A stretch of 64,000 bases of DNA from an uncultured beta proteobacterium (GTDB lineage: Bacteria; Pseudomonadota; Gammaproteobacteria; Burkholderiales; Burkholderiaceae_F): NCBI GenBank assembly GCA_963791235.1, contig CAWBRW010000008.1, positions 2,871 through 66,870 on the forward strand. Reading direction: 5' to 3'. A program made the translations under genes and the position numbers. The notes under the pieces were generated by a model, which searched no databases, was not told the origin of the DNA, and was given only the letters and a program-made list of their open reading frames with translations. Shown here one piece after another: positions 32,097-42,868 of the stretch (positions are counted from its first letter, which is position 1; every line of letters starts with the position of its first letter).

Positions 32097-32145
32097 TGGC
32101 AGTCAGCCGATGCGTGAGCAACGCCGTAGAACGCAGACGAGCCAA

Positions 32146-32176
32146 GAAAAAAGCCGCTCCCTGGCTGGGTGCGGCT
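32146..32176 (-). terminator. rho-independent terminator after rpsI
   Basis: On the minus strand: AGCCGCACCC-loop-GGGAGCGGCT followed by TTTTTT. Confidence 0.6.
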
Positions 32177-32307
32177 CTTGTTCTTCTTGGCGCGAAATGT
32201 ATAGGAGGCGGGGCTGCCTCGATGCGCCTGGCTGAGTGTCGGGCATCCCGCGAAACCGGGCCCTCGAAAAGCCGAAACGCGATCGCGTGATGCGCGACCG
32301 CGCCCGA

Positions 32308-32700
32308 TCAGCGCTTCGAGAACTGCTTGCGGCGACGCGCCTTGCGGAAGCCGACCTTCTTGCGCTCGACCTCGCGCGCGTCGCGCGTCACGAGGCCCGC
32401 GTTCGACAGCGCCGGCTTCAGCGTCGCGTCATAGTCGATCAGCGCACGCGTGATGCCATGGCGCACTGCGCCGGCCTGGCCCGACTCGCCACCGCCATTC
32501 ACGTTGACCATGATGTCGAAGGTCTCGGCGTGGTTGGTCAGTTCGAGCGGCTGGCGCACGATCATGCGACCGGTCTCGCGGAAGAAGTACTGCTCGATGG
32601 GACGACCGTTAATGACGATCGCGCCCTTGCCACGCTTCATGAAGACGCGCGCGACGGAGCTCTTGCGGCGGCCGGTTCCGTAGTTGTAGTTGCCGATCAT
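32308..32700 (-). CDS. rpsI: 30S ribosomal protein S9
   Basis: 130 aa: ...GGG.SGQAGA.RHGI.RAL...SRD.R.VERKK.G..KARR..QFSKR. Confidence 0.97.
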   Translation of the reverse strand: MIGNYNYGTGRRKSSVARVFMKRGKGAIVINGRPIEQYFFRETGRMIVRQPLELTNHAETFDIMVNVNGGGESGQAGAVRHGITRALIDYDATLKPALSNAGLVTRDAREVERKKVGFRKARRRKQFSKR

Positions 32701-32707
32701 GACGACC

Positions 32708-33136
32708 TCAGATGTCGAGCGCTTTGGGCTGCTGCGCGCTGTGCGGGTGCTGCTGGTCCGGATAGACCTTCAGCTTCTTGATCATGGCGTAGCCGAGCGG
32801 GCCCTTCGGGAGCATGCCCTTCACAGCCAGTTGCAGCGCGCGGCCGGGAAAGCGCTCCTGCATCTTGCGGAAGCTCGTCTCGTAGACGCCGCCCGGGTGA
32901 CCCGTGTGCCGGTAGTACTTCTTGTCCTCGAACTTCGCGCCGGTGACCTTCAGGCGGGCTGCATTGACGACCACGATGAAATCGCCGGTATCAACGTGCG
33001 GCGTGTATTCGGGCTTGTGCTTGCCACGCAGGCGGAGCGCGATCTGGCTGGCCAGACGGCCGAGCACCTTGTCGTTTGCATCCACGAGCAGCCAGTCACG
33101 CTTCACTTCATGCGACTTGGCGGAAAAGGTTTTCAT
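32708..33136 (-). CDS. rplM: 50S ribosomal protein L13
   Basis: 142 aa: MKTFSAK...[28 protein letters not shown]. Confidence 0.97.
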   Translation of the reverse strand: MKTFSAKSHEVKRDWLLVDANDKVLGRLASQIALRLRGKHKPEYTPHVDTGDFIVVVNAARLKVTGAKFEDKKYYRHTGHPGGVYETSFRKMQERFPGRALQLAVKGMLPKGPLGYAMIKKLKVYPDQQHPHSAQQPKALDI

Positions 33137-33307
33137 TGAGAATCCATCCTGAACTGGGTCACTGCACCGCGGCCTCGCAAACTGTCACGAACCCGGCGGG
33201 GAAATCCTGAATCCTGGGGGCTTGCCGCCCGCCCGGCCCTCGCTAGAGCGCACCTCTACGCCAGATCGCCCGTTTCGGAGCAACCGACGAATCGCGGAAA
33301 GCCTTAA

Positions 33308-33337
33308 ATTTTAAGCGTTTTTGGGAGGCCTTCGCAA
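33308..33337 (-). promoter_or_regulatory. candidate sigma-70 promoter of rplM-rpsI
   Basis: On the minus strand: TTGCGA (33332-33337), an 18-nt spacer, then TAAAAT (33308-33313). This implies a leader of about 165 nt. Confidence 0.4.
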
Positions 33338-33343
33338 GCGCAC

Positions 33344-33377
33344 AAAAAAATTGGCCCGGAGCGGTGAGCTCCGGGCC
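33344..33377 (-). terminator. strong minus-strand rho-independent terminator with no annotated gene directly upstream
   Basis: GGCCCGGAGC-GGTGA-GCTCCGGGCC (10-bp GC stem) followed on the minus strand by AATTTTTTT. Lies just upstream of the rplM promoter. Confidence 0.7.
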
Positions 33378-33609
33378 GAATCCACCAAAGAGGGTGGAGG
33401 AGACAGAGGCGGAGAGGTCAGCATCCCTCCATGAAGGCAGTGTGCCGAGAACATTGCTGCGATGCAAGCAAACTGGCTTCCAGTCCGCTCAGCGGCAGGA
33501 ATGTTCAGCTGGAGTATTCTATTTATTTCAATGGCTTGCAGTATTACTGGCGGATCTGGAGTGATCTTTCAAAGTTGTTGCGTTGCGCTGAAAAGAGGAG
33601 GCGAAGACC

Positions 33610-34029
33610 ATGGATTGCGTTGTGCGCTGGACCGGCGATGGCATGAGCTTCACTGCGGAGTCAGGCAGTGGCCATCTGGTGGCCTTGGATGGGTCGCCGG
33701 ACGGCGGCGGCCGGAACCTGGCGCCACGCCCGATGGAGATGGTGCTGATCGGCACCGGCGGCTGCACCGCCTACGACGTGGTGCTGATACTCAAACGCGG
33801 ACGCCATGATGTCCGTTCGTGCGACGTGGCCCTGCACGCCGAACGCGCGACCACCGATCCCAAAGTCTTTACCTCGATCACGCAGCGTTTCACGGTGCGC
33901 GGGCGCAACCTCGATGTCGCCGCCGTCGAGCGCGCGGTGGCGCTGTCGCACGAGAAATACTGCTCCGCCACTGCGATGCTGGCGAAGACCGCCTCGATCC
34001 AGGTGGAAACGGTCGTGGAACAGGTCTGA
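33610..34029 (+). CDS. OsmC-family peroxiredoxin-like protein
   Basis: 139 aa with a GAGGAGG RBS. The two conserved Cys contexts are GGCTAYD and EKYCSAT. Confidence 0.88.
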   Translation: MDCVVRWTGDGMSFTAESGSGHLVALDGSPDGGGRNLAPRPMEMVLIGTGGCTAYDVVLILKRGRHDVRSCDVALHAERATTDPKVFTSITQRFTVRGRNLDVAAVERAVALSHEKYCSATAMLAKTASIQVETVVEQV

Positions 34030-34062
34030 AGCCTGACCGCTCGGCCGCGGTCGGACGCGCGG

Positions 34063-34701
34063 TCAGATGTAGTGCGCGGTCGTCGTCATCACTTTCGCGG
34101 CGAAGCGCATTGCCCAGCGTGCGGGCAACGGCAACGTCACCCCGCCATGCTCGATTGCACTTTCGGCGTGGTGAACCTCGTCGTCCTTCATCTGTTCGAT
34201 GACGGCGCGTGACAGCTGGTCGCCAGCGGGCAGCCTTTCGAGGTGACCATCCAGGTGCTGTTCGACCTGCCGCTCCGTCTCGGCCATGAACCCAAGGCTC
34301 ACGCGGTCGCCGGCACGCGCCGCCACCAGACCGATCGCAAAAGCGCCGCCGTACCACAGCGGGTTCAGCAGGCTGGTGCGCCCACCGAGCGCTTCGATGC
34401 GTGATCGCGTCCAGGCAAGATGGTCCGATTCCTCGCTGGCGGCGCGCTCGAACAAGGTCCGCAGCGCGCGATCCTTCGTCGCCAGCGCCTGCGCGTCGTA
34501 AAGGGCCTGCGCACAGACCTCGCCGACGTGGTTCACGCGCATCAGTGACGCGGCTGCCCGGCGCTCTTCGTTCGACAGTTCCGGCTCAACGGCCGGACCT
34601 GAAGGGGCGGGTCGGTTCGCAGCCGGCGGAGCGGCCAGCGTCCGCAACGCCCGGTCGGCCGCGGCAGTGAGGCGATCAACGAAAGACAGGGAGCGGCTCA
34701 T
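34063..34701 (-). CDS. coq7: demethoxyubiquinone hydroxylase (di-iron carboxylate Coq7)
   Basis: Start at [11 protein letters not shown] (ATG is the complement of 34699-34701). Contains [32 protein letters not shown] and DEVHHAE motifs. Confidence 0.9.
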   Translation of the reverse strand: MSRSLSFVDRLTAAADRALRTLAAPPAANRPAPSGPAVEPELSNEERRAAASLMRVNHVGEVCAQALYDAQALATKDRALRTLFERAASEESDHLAWTRSRIEALGGRTSLLNPLWYGGAFAIGLVAARAGDRVSLGFMAETERQVEQHLDGHLERLPAGDQLSRAVIEQMKDDEVHHAESAIEHGGVTLPLPARWAMRFAAKVMTTTAHYI

Positions 34702-34850
34702 ATGTTGCACAAATGTAACGCCGCAGCACAGACCTTGCTCAACGAGGGGTGGTGCGGCCGGGGCAGCGCTATTCTCCCACCGGTTCGCAGGCAAGCCGCA
34801 GAGCACGCCGCGTCATGTTTTCAAGAACCAGAACAGGCAGGAGACACATC

Positions 34851-36294
34851 ATGCGTAAGACCCTGGTCGCCGTGGCGCTGGCCTGCGCCTTCCCGGCTGT
34901 CTATGCCCAGAGCGCGCGGAGCCTCAGTGACTTCACCCCGGGCACCGTGGTCCTGTATGGCGTCCTCGATGCCGGTGTGGAAGTGCTCGACGCCGGCAAC
35001 GAATCGATTACGCGGATACAAGGCTCAGGCATGTCCGCCGGCAACCGCTTCGGTATTCGCGGAAGTGAACCGTTGGGCAACGGCTACAGCGCGATCTTCA
35101 CTCTCGAGGGCCGCTTTTCGCTCGACACCGGGTCGGTGACTTACAACGAGTCGCTCTACTGGTGCAAGAACACCGGCGCGCCGGCGTCGACTTTGCCGGT
35201 GTGCCCGGGAGTCCGAGTCGTGCCGGGCACCGCGATCGCCGGACTGCCGCCGTCGAATGTCAATTACCAGTTGGTTCTGGGCGGCCTCAACTCGATCAAC
35301 AACACACTGTTGCAGGCGGTCACGACGGTCAACGGCGCCGGTGCGATCTTCGACCGCCAGTCGTTCGTCGGCCTCGTCACGCCGTACGGCGCTGTCCTGG
35401 CAGGCCGCCAGTACACGCCGGGCTACGAAGTGCTGCTCAAGTACACCGCGATGCAGGATGCGACGGCGCTGTCGTTCGGCCAGGGCTATACGAACCCGGC
35501 GATCCGCATGAACAACGCGATCGCCTACCGCGCTGAACTGAAGGGCTTCACCGCGTTCGCGATGTACAGCTTCGGCGGCTCCGAGACGCCTGCCGCAAAT
35601 CGCACCGAACGCACGCTGCCGCCGACCAACGGCGACGACTTCTACGGCGTCAACCTTCAGTACAACACGACAAACTTCGGGCGTCGGGGTCGGCTACAAC
35701 CAGAACTACGTCGTACCGTATTCGACAACGGCGGCCGGTACCCCGGAGAAGAAGGACGGCCTGCAGATGTTCAACCTCGGCGCCTGGGTCGGTCTCGGTC
35801 CGGTCAAGGTCTACGGCCAGTACCTGCAGCGCAAGAACGACAATCCGATGTTCACGCCGCTCGACCTGCAGAACCTCATCGTGGCGACCGGCGGCAGTTT
35901 GGCAGCCATCACCAACACTATCCTGAGCCAGCAGTTCAACTCATTCGACATGGACACGATGCGCGGCTTCGCGGGTCCGACCGATTCGCAGGCCTATCAC
36001 CTTGGCTTGACATGGAACTTCCTGCAGCGGCATACCCTGTACGGCGTCTACAACTACGCCAAGGACACGGGCCGTTCGGTGTGGGCCACGGAGGACGCCG
36101 TGGTCAACCACTACGGCGTGGCATACCAGTACCAGTTCTCGCCGCGCACGGCGCTGTTCGCGGCAGCCGCGTTCATGGCCAACAGCGACCAGGGGCGCAT
36201 GACACCGTCGTCGGCCGGCTACACGACAGGCTTCGCGACGAGTTTCGGCGCGGATACGGCCTCCTATCAGCTCGGCATGCGCCACATGTTCTGA
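34851..36294 (+). pseudogene. Gram-negative porin (Omp32/OmpC-like), reading frame broken once
   Basis: Signal peptide MRKTLVAVALACAFPAVYAQS, then LYGVLDAGVE...RFGIRGSEPLGNG..A.FTLE and a C-terminal ...YQLGMRHMF. The frame changes near 35679 (GGG where GG restores ...TNFGVGVGYNQNY...). Confidence 0.85.
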
Positions 36295-36313
36295 GGATTT
36301 CGCAATGCGGAAC

Positions 36314-36340
36314 AAAAAGGGCGCTTCGGCGCCCTTTTTC
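36314..36340 (+). terminator. rho-independent terminator after porin 1
   Basis: AAAAAGGGCGC-TTCG-GCGCCCTTTTT. Confidence 0.8.
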
Positions 36341-36527
36341 GTTGTTGCTGTGGGGCAACATTGCACCGTGGATTCGCCACGTTTTTGCTCTCGAAGCTAT
36401 GCCTTACTCCGCCCCTCTGAAACAATCCTCCCCAGCTTCCTCCGGGGAAGTGATTCATCGGCCCACCGTGCTGTCCAAAGCCGGCGGCCAGCCAAAGAAC
36501 TTCAAACACTAGCTAGGAGAGCTTGGA

Positions 36528-37710
36528 ATGAAGAAAAGTCTAATCGCACTGGCAGTCCTCGGTGCGCTGTCGGGTGCCGCGTCCGCGCAATCGAGCGTCA
36601 CGCTGTACGGCATCGTCGACATCGGCCTGCAGTGGAATGAGATCGGCGTCAACAAGGGCACGACCGCTCTGCCGGTCTGGTCACAGGAAAGCGCGTGGAG
36701 CATCGACAGCGGCTACCAGTCGGGCAGCCGCTTCGGCCTGCGCGGCGCGGAAGCGCTGGGCGGCAACTGGGCCGCGGTGTTCGCGCTGGAAGGTGGCTTT
36801 GACGCCTCGACCGGCATGTCGCAGCAGGGCGGCCGTCTGTTCGGCCGCCAGGCCTATGCCGGCCTGCGCCACGCCGCCTTCGGTACGGTCGCGTTGGGCC
36901 GCCTCGCCACGCCGTCGTCGGGCACGGGTGACTTCGACCTGTGGGGCGCAGTCGATCCGTTCGGCACCGGCTGGGGTCAAGCCAGCTTGGGCGCGACCTT
37001 CATCCCGTCGTCGACGCTGCGGGAAGACAACTCCATCATCTGGGCGTCACCCAGCTGGGCCGGCTTCAAGTTTGCCGCGCAGTACTCCGGCAACGTTGAC
37101 GGTGGCGAGACCGCTCCGCAGGGTACCAACACCTCGGCGTTCAACCTCGGCGCCAACTGGTCGTGGGGTCCGCTGTTCCTGGCCGCGACTTATGACGTCA
37201 TCCAGTACGCGGATCCGGGCTCGGCCGGCCGTCTCGGCGCGGGCAACCCCGACCAGAAGATGCTGCAGGTTGGCGGCACGTTCGACTTCAAGATCGTGAA
37301 GCTGCACGCCGCCTACGCGGACCAGAACAACATCAGCACAGTGCAGACGCTGGGCGGTGTGGCATCTGCCGTGCCGGCCGGTTTCGTACCGGCGGGCGTG
37401 GGCAACTTCAACAACACGGCCTATATGCTGGGCGTGTCGGTTCCGCTGTTCGGTGGCTCGATCCTGGCTTCGTACCAGTACTCGGACGCCAGCAACATCA
37501 TCAACGGACTGGCGTCAGTTCGAGCCTGACTATTCGAACTGGGGTATCGGCTACTCGTACCCGTTCTCGCGCCGTACCAACATGTACGTGGGCTATGCCC
37601 AGCGCGAGTGGGACGGCTCGATCCGCTCGACGACGGGCACGTTGCTCTCAACGGCCGCGCAGTTCTTCGACAAGAGCCAGTTCGCGCTCGGCATCCGTCA
37701 CCTGTTCTAA
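36528..37710 (+). pseudogene. Gram-negative porin (Omp32/OmpC-like), reading frame broken once
   Basis: Signal peptide MKKSLIALAVLGALSGAASAQS, then VTLYGIVDIGL...GSRFGLRGAEALGG and a C-terminal ...FALGIRHLF in another frame. The break is near 37515. Confidence 0.85.
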
Positions 37711-37731
37711 ACCGACGGAACGCAGTAACCA

Positions 37732-37760
37732 AGGCCGCTGCTTGCAGCGGCCTTTTTTTC
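37732..37760 (+). terminator. rho-independent terminator after porin 2
   Basis: AGGCCGCTG-CTTG-CAGCGGCCT followed by TTTTTT. Confidence 0.8.
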
Positions 37761-37764
37761 GTCC

Positions 37765-39201
37765 CTACGTCAGAACGCGCGCAAGCTGCGCCGCCACGCT
37801 GCGGTCGAGCAGGCCGATGCGCATCCGGCGTTCGACCAGATCGGCCGTGGTACGCGCCTGCTCGTGCACGCGGGCGATGTCGCGGTAGCGCAGCACGGCA
37901 GCCGTGTCGGTCGGCGCGGTTGCGGCGGCGTCCTGCGCGGCTTCGATCGCCGGATCGACGTCGAGCCGCAGCCTCGCGGTTGCGGAGGTCGACGCGGGCA
38001 GCAGGCCACGGCGCACCGCCTGGTCGAGCGCGTCGACGGCCATGCGCCGGTAGGTGGTCCACTTGCCGCCGGTGACGGTGACCAGGTTGCCGTGCTCGAT
38101 GACGATCGTGTGTTCGCGCGAGAGCGTCTTCGTCGCACCCGGCGCGCCCTTGGCCACCAGCGGGCGCAGCCCGGCGAAGGTGTTGGTGATGTCCTCGGGC
38201 CGGATCGGATCGCGCAGGTAGCCGCGCGCAGTCTCAACGATGAAGTCGATCTCCTGCGGTGTCGGCTGCGGCTCCTGCACCACTTCGGTCGTGGGCACAT
38301 CGGTGGTGCCGACGATCAGCCGCCCCATCCACGGAATCGCGAACAGCACCCGGCCATCGGATGTCTTCGGGATCATCAGTGCGCGCGGCACCGGCAGGAA
38401 ACGCGCGTCGACGACGATGTGCGAGCCGCGACTGAGCGCCAGCAGCGGGCGCGCAGCGGGTTCAGCCAGCGTACGGATACGGTCGACCCAGACCCCGGTG
38501 GCGTTGTAGACGACGCGCGCGCGCAGATCGAACCGCTCGCCGGTCTCGGCATCGATTGCCTGCACCGCGGTCACGCGGTCGCCTTCGACGCGCATGCCGT
38601 CGCAGCGCACGTAATTGATGACGGTGGCCCCCAAGCGGCATGCGGTGCGCATCAGTGCGATCGCCAACCGCGCGTCGTCGAATTGCCCATCCCAGTAGGA
38701 GACACCGCCGTGCAGGCCGTCCGGCCGCACCGTGGGCAGGCGCCGGATCGTCTCTGCGCGTGACAGCCAGCGGGTCGGACCGATGCCACGTGCGCCGGCC
38801 AGCGCGTCGTAAAGGCCCAACCCGACGCGCATGAATTCCCGCTCGAGCGGCCGGTAGCACGGCACGATGAATTCGAGCGGATGCACCAGCTCCGGCGCAT
38901 TCGCGATCAGCAAGGCGCGCTCGGCGAGCGCTTCGCGCACCAGCTTCACGTTGCCCTGCGCCAGGTAGCGCACGCCACCGTGGATCAGCTTGGTGCTGCG
39001 GCTCGAGGTGCCCGCGGAAAAGTCGTGTGCCTCGATCAGCGCGGTGCGCAGGCCACGCTGCGCGGCATCGACCGCGATGCCGAGGCCGGTCGCGCCGCCG
39101 CCGATGACGACGACATCCCAGGGCCGATCCTCGCGCAGCGCGGCCAGCAGTGCCGCGCGCTCGATGACCGGGGCGCGCACGGCATCCTTCATTCGATCCA
39201 T
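37765..39201 (-). CDS. glpD: FAD-dependent glycerol-3-phosphate dehydrogenase
   Basis: Contains [36 protein letters not shown] and GGKWTTYR motifs. Start chosen at MDRMKDAV (GGAGAG 9 nt upstream). Alternative starts are 39192 (ATGA overlap with the glpK stop) and 39231. Confidence 0.9.
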   Translation of the reverse strand: MDRMKDAVRAPVIERAALLAALREDRPWDVVVIGGGATGLGIAVDAAQRGLRTALIEAHDFSAGTSSRSTKLIHGGVRYLAQGNVKLVREALAERALLIANAPELVHPLEFIVPCYRPLEREFMRVGLGLYDALAGARGIGPTRWLSRAETIRRLPTVRPDGLHGGVSYWDGQFDDARLAIALMRTACRLGATVINYVRCDGMRVEGDRVTAVQAIDAETGERFDLRARVVYNATGVWVDRIRTLAEPAARPLLALSRGSHIVVDARFLPVPRALMIPKTSDGRVLFAIPWMGRLIVGTTDVPTTEVVQEPQPTPQEIDFIVETARGYLRDPIRPEDITNTFAGLRPLVAKGAPGATKTLSREHTIVIEHGNLVTVTGGKWTTYRRMAVDALDQAVRRGLLPASTSATARLRLDVDPAIEAAQDAAATAPTDTAAVLRYRDIARVHEQARTTADLVERRMRIGLLDRSVAAQLARVLT

Positions 39202-40682
39202 AGTCGCGATCTCTCCACCGCGCGTCGCCATTGTGTCAACAGCGACGCGCGCTCATCCTCGTTCATCCGCGGTTCGAAGCGACGCTCGGCGCGCCACAGC
39301 TCAGCGAGTTCGTCGGTGGTGGACCAGACACCGGTCGCCAGCCCGGCGAGATAGGCTGCACCCAGCGCCGTCGTTTCCGTCACCTCGGGGCGCACCACCG
39401 GCACACCCATCACATCCGCCTGAAACTGCATCAGCAAGTCGTTGCGCGCAGCGCCGCCGTCGACACGCAACTCGGTGATCGGCCGGTGCGCATCGCGCTG
39501 CATCGCGTCCAGCACGTCGGTTGACTGGAAGGCGATCGATTCGAGCGCCGCGCGTGCAATGTGCGCGCGGCTGGTTCCGCGCGTCACGCCGATCAGCAGG
39601 CCGCGCGCGTCCGGATCCCAGTGCGGTGCGCCGAGGCCGACAAAGGCCGGCACCAGGAACACGCCGCCGTTGTCGCTCGCCTGACGGGCCAGCGCCTCGA
39701 CGTGCTCCGAGCGCTCGAACAGACCCAGGCCGTCGCGCAGCCACTGCACGACCGCGCCGGCGACGAACACGCTGCCTTCGAGCATATAGGCGGCGGGCGC
39801 TGACGTGCCGACACGCCAGCCCGCTGTGGAGAGCAGGCGATTCGCCGACGGCTGCGGCTGCGCGCCGACGTTCATCAGCATGAAGGCGCCGGTGCCGTAG
39901 GTGTTCTTTGCCATGCCGGCGGAGAAGCACGCCTGCCCGAAGGTCGCGGCCTGCTGGTCGCCGGCGTTGCCTGCGATGGCGATCGGTGCACCGAAGAATT
40001 CGGGCCGCGTCTCGCCGACGATCTCGCTCGACGCCGAGAGGCGGGGCAGAACGCTGCGCGGTACGTTGAAGAGCCGCAACAGTTCGTCGTCCCAGTCGAG
40101 CGTGGCCAGATCGAGCAGCAGCGTTCGCGACGCATTGCTGACGTCAGTCACGTGCGCCGCACCGCCGGTGAGATTCCAGATCAGCCAGCTGTCGACGGTG
40201 CCGAACGCCAGTTCGCCGCGATCGGCGCGTGCCCGGGCGCCCGGCACATGGTCGAGCAGCCAGGCAATCTTGGTCGCGGAGAAGTAAGGATCCAGCACCA
40301 GTCCCGTCTTCCTGGTGACGGATTCCTCGTGGCCGCGCTCGCGCAGCGACGCGCACAGTCCCGCGGTACGCCGGTCCTGCCAGACGATCGCATGGGCAAC
40401 CGGTGCACCGGTCGAACGGTCCCACAGGACGGTGGTCTCGCGCTGGTTGGTTATGCCGATGCCGGCGATGTCACGCACCGCGATCCCGCCCTGGCGCAGT
40501 GCCGCCTGGGCGCAGGAGAGCTGCGTCGACCAGATCTCCCCGGCGTCGTGCTCGACCCATCCGGGCTGCGGATAGATCTGCCGGAATTCCTGCTGTGCCG
40601 ACGTGACGATACGGCCGCTGCGGTCGAAGACGATGGCGCGCGAACTCGTGGTTCCCTGGTCGAGTGCCAGCACGTACTTCAT
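39189..40682 (-). CDS. glpK: glycerol kinase
   Basis: 497 aa from [19 protein letters not shown]. Contains [10 protein letters not shown] and GDQQAA.FGQ motifs. The ORF-track N-terminal extension to 41333 runs antisense into the next gene and is rejected. Confidence 0.95.
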   Translation of the reverse strand: MKYVLALDQGTTSSRAIVFDRSGRIVTSAQQEFRQIYPQPGWVEHDAGEIWSTQLSCAQAALRQGGIAVRDIAGIGITNQRETTVLWDRSTGAPVAHAIVWQDRRTAGLCASLRERGHEESVTRKTGLVLDPYFSATKIAWLLDHVPGARARADRGELAFGTVDSWLIWNLTGGAAHVTDVSNASRTLLLDLATLDWDDELLRLFNVPRSVLPRLSASSEIVGETRPEFFGAPIAIAGNAGDQQAATFGQACFSAGMAKNTYGTGAFMLMNVGAQPQPSANRLLSTAGWRVGTSAPAAYMLEGSVFVAGAVVQWLRDGLGLFERSEHVEALARQASDNGGVFLVPAFVGLGAPHWDPDARGLLIGVTRGTSRAHIARAALESIAFQSTDVLDAMQRDAHRPITELRVDGGAARNDLLMQFQADVMGVPVVRPEVTETTALGAAYLAGLATGVWSTTDELAELWRAERRFEPRMNEDERASLLTQWRRAVERSRLWIE

Positions 40683-40784
40683 CGGTGGCGCCGTTGCTGT
40701 TGTTGTGTCGCTGCTGCGGGCAGCATAGACGAATGACCTTGCACGCGGCAGACTTGCCGCACAACCTAGATCAAAGGAGACAAC

Positions 40785-41765
40785 ATGTTCGGTCGCCTGC
40801 TCGCCGTCACGGCGCTCGCAGTCATGGCACTTGCACCGGCCCACGCGCAGACCTGGCCATCCAAACCGGTGCGGATCATCGTTCCGTTCCCGCCCGGAGG
40901 GACCACCGACATCGTGGCGCGCTCCATCGGGGTCGAACTGCAGCGCATGTGGCAGCACCCGGTGGTCATCGAGAACCGGGCCGGTGCCGGCGGCAACATC
41001 GGCGCGGACGCGGTGGCCAAAAGTCCCGCCGACGGCTACACGCTGCTGATGGGCACGGTCGGCACGCACGCGATCAACCAGGCGCTGTTTGCGCAGAGCG
41101 GCAGCAAGATGCCGTTTGATCCGGTGAAGGACTTCGTGCCGATCACGCTGGTGGCCGGCGTGCCGAATGTCATGGTCATCAATGCGAAGCTGCCGGTGAA
41201 CTCGGTGGCGGAGTTCATCGCCTACGCGAAAGCACGGCCGGGGCAGCTCAACATGGCGTCGAGCGGCAACGGCACGTCGATTCATCTCACCGGCGAACTG
41301 TTCAAGACGGTGACCGGAACCTATATGGTCCACTTCCCGTACCGCGGCTCGGCGCCGGCCGTGACGGACCTCATCTCCGGCAACATGAACGTGATGTTCG
41401 ACAACCTGCCCTCAGCACTGCCACACATCAAGAGCGGTCGCCTGAAGGCACTGGCGGTCACCTCGCGCACGCGTTCCCCGGCCCTGCCGGACGTGCCCAC
41501 CATCGAGGAAGCGGCCGGGCTCAAGGGCTTCGACGCGAGTTCGTGGTTCGGCCTGTTTGCTCCGACCGGCACGCCACGCACGGTCGTCGACAAGATCCAG
41601 GCGGATGTCGCGAAGGCGCTGGCGCAGCCGGCGGTGCGCGAGCGCTTCGTCGCGCAGGGCGCGGATCCGGGCGGCAACACGCCGGATCAGTTCGCTGCCT
41701 TCATCCGGGCGGAAACCGACAAGTGGACGCGCGTCGTGAAGTTCTCCAACGCCAAGGTGGACTGA
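40785..41765 (+). CDS. Bug-family tripartite tricarboxylate transporter substrate-binding protein (TctC-like)
   Basis: 326 aa with an AAGGAGA RBS and a signal peptide. Contains [19 protein letters not shown] and [11 protein letters not shown] motifs. No tctA or tctB gene is adjacent. Confidence 0.9.
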   Translation: MFGRLLAVTALAVMALAPAHAQTWPSKPVRIIVPFPPGGTTDIVARSIGVELQRMWQHPVVIENRAGAGGNIGADAVAKSPADGYTLLMGTVGTHAINQALFAQSGSKMPFDPVKDFVPITLVAGVPNVMVINAKLPVNSVAEFIAYAKARPGQLNMASSGNGTSIHLTGELFKTVTGTYMVHFPYRGSAPAVTDLISGNMNVMFDNLPSALPHIKSGRLKALAVTSRTRSPALPDVPTIEEAAGLKGFDASSWFGLFAPTGTPRTVVDKIQADVAKALAQPAVRERFVAQGADPGGNTPDQFAAFIRAETDKWTRVVKFSNAKVD

Positions 41766-41845
41766 GCTGGCATCGTCGCCTTCCGCAGCGGACACGCCCG
41801 AGACGACCGCGTCGCTGGATGGCGCGACCTGACGCCGGTGCCGTC

Positions 41846-42868
41846 TCACCTGGGCTGTGCGAGACGATCGACCATCGCGATGATCGCCTTGACCTGGACG
41901 CCGGTCTTGACCGCGTAATCCGTGCCCGTGTAGCCCCACCAGTCCCAGCACCCGTTCGGATTGAATGGCTGCCACCAGGACACCATCGTCGGCTGGCTCG
42001 GTTGCACCTGCGGGTACAGCACGATGGTGTCATGTCCGGCGGCCCAGCCGTTGTAGCCGGCGTCGCGCACGAAGACCTGCTTGATCTGGGTCGCCCCCTG
42101 GCGGCAGCCGTGCAGCGCGACGTGGACGCGGCAGCGCACGCCCTTCTCGCATTGCGCCGGAATGTAGGCATAGCCGGCACTCGCCATCGAGGACATCGAC
42201 CACCAGCGCCGCCAGGTCGGGACGAACTCCGCCTGCGCGAACTCGAGGACACGTCCCTGGCTGGCCGTGCCCGCGGGAATGCCCGGATGCAGCGCGCTCA
42301 GCATCTCGCCGACACGATCGACGCCGCAGCGGTTGAGGAACGGGGTGTCGCTCGTGTTGCACGCAACGCCCTGCGACGGCGTCGGCAAGCCGTGCGCCAG
42401 GCCGGGCTCGACCTTGAACTGTGTGCCTGCCTTGTTGTAGTGGGCGAAGAACTCGGAACTGGAGCGCACCACCGACGGCACCACCTTGGTGTCGACTTCG
42501 CCTGCAAGCAGCCACGCGCGCATGCGGCGCAGATTCTCGGTCGAATCGATGAGGCGAATGCCGGCGAGGCGTTCGGCGTCGCGGATCGAACCGTCGGCGC
42601 CCGGGTCGCCTTCCATGCACGGGCGCTCGATGCGAGCCGCATTAATGCCGACGCAGTAATACGGGCCGCCCGCAAAAACCCCGACCCCCGCGACGCGCGC
42701 GGAATGAGCCACTGCCACCTGCACCGCCATGTACGCCCCGGACGACAGGCCGGAGACGGTGAACCGGTCGCCCTGCGCGTTCAAGGCCGGAAGACGGTCC
42801 GCGGCCGTCGCGGCTACCATCGGCGCGGCCGCCAGCAGCACCGCAACCCGTCTCGCCCATGACCGCAT
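41846..42868 (-). CDS. secreted PHB-depolymerase-family esterase
   Basis: Start at MRSWARRVAVLLAAAPMVAATAA (signal peptide). Contains the GLSSGAYMA lipase box, HGCRQ and GCWDWWGY motifs. Confidence 0.75.
   Translation of the reverse strand: MRSWARRVAVLLAAAPMVAATAADRLPALNAQGDRFTVSGLSSGAYMAVQVAVAHSARVAGVGVFAGGPYYCVGINAARIERPCMEGDPGADGSIRDAERLAGIRLIDSTENLRRMRAWLLAGEVDTKVVPSVVRSSSEFFAHYNKAGTQFKVEPGLAHGLPTPSQGVACNTSDTPFLNRCGVDRVGEMLSALHPGIPAGTASQGRVLEFAQAEFVPTWRRWWSMSSMASAGYAYIPAQCEKGVRCRVHVALHGCRQGATQIKQVFVRDAGYNGWAAGHDTIVLYPQVQPSQPTMVSWWQPFNPNGCWDWWGYTGTDYAVKTGVQVKAIIAMVDRLAQPR

Noticed and set aside
33243-33467. 74-aa minus-strand ORF in the rplM-osmC spacer
   Set aside because: It spans the strong terminator hairpin and the rplM promoter, and it has no RBS and atypical composition. 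The region is better explained as non-coding RNA or regulatory DNA.
33380-33540. Possibility that the structured spacer is a known housekeeping RNA (SRP/4.5S, 6S, RNase P)
   Set aside because: I could not find the SRP domain-IV motif (GGAAGCAGCCA-like), the RNase P GAGGAAAGUCC core, or a 6S-like long rod with a central bubble. It is left as an unclassified candidate.
40683-41333. N-terminal extension of glpK to 714 aa in the ORF track. Analogous extensions occur for the EamA gene to 4878, fadD to 47534, the permease to 60797 and pgpA to 10678
   Set aside because: The conserved protein starts at an internal Met with the family N-terminus (for example [15 protein letters not shown]). The extensions run through neighbouring genes or promoters and are R-rich.
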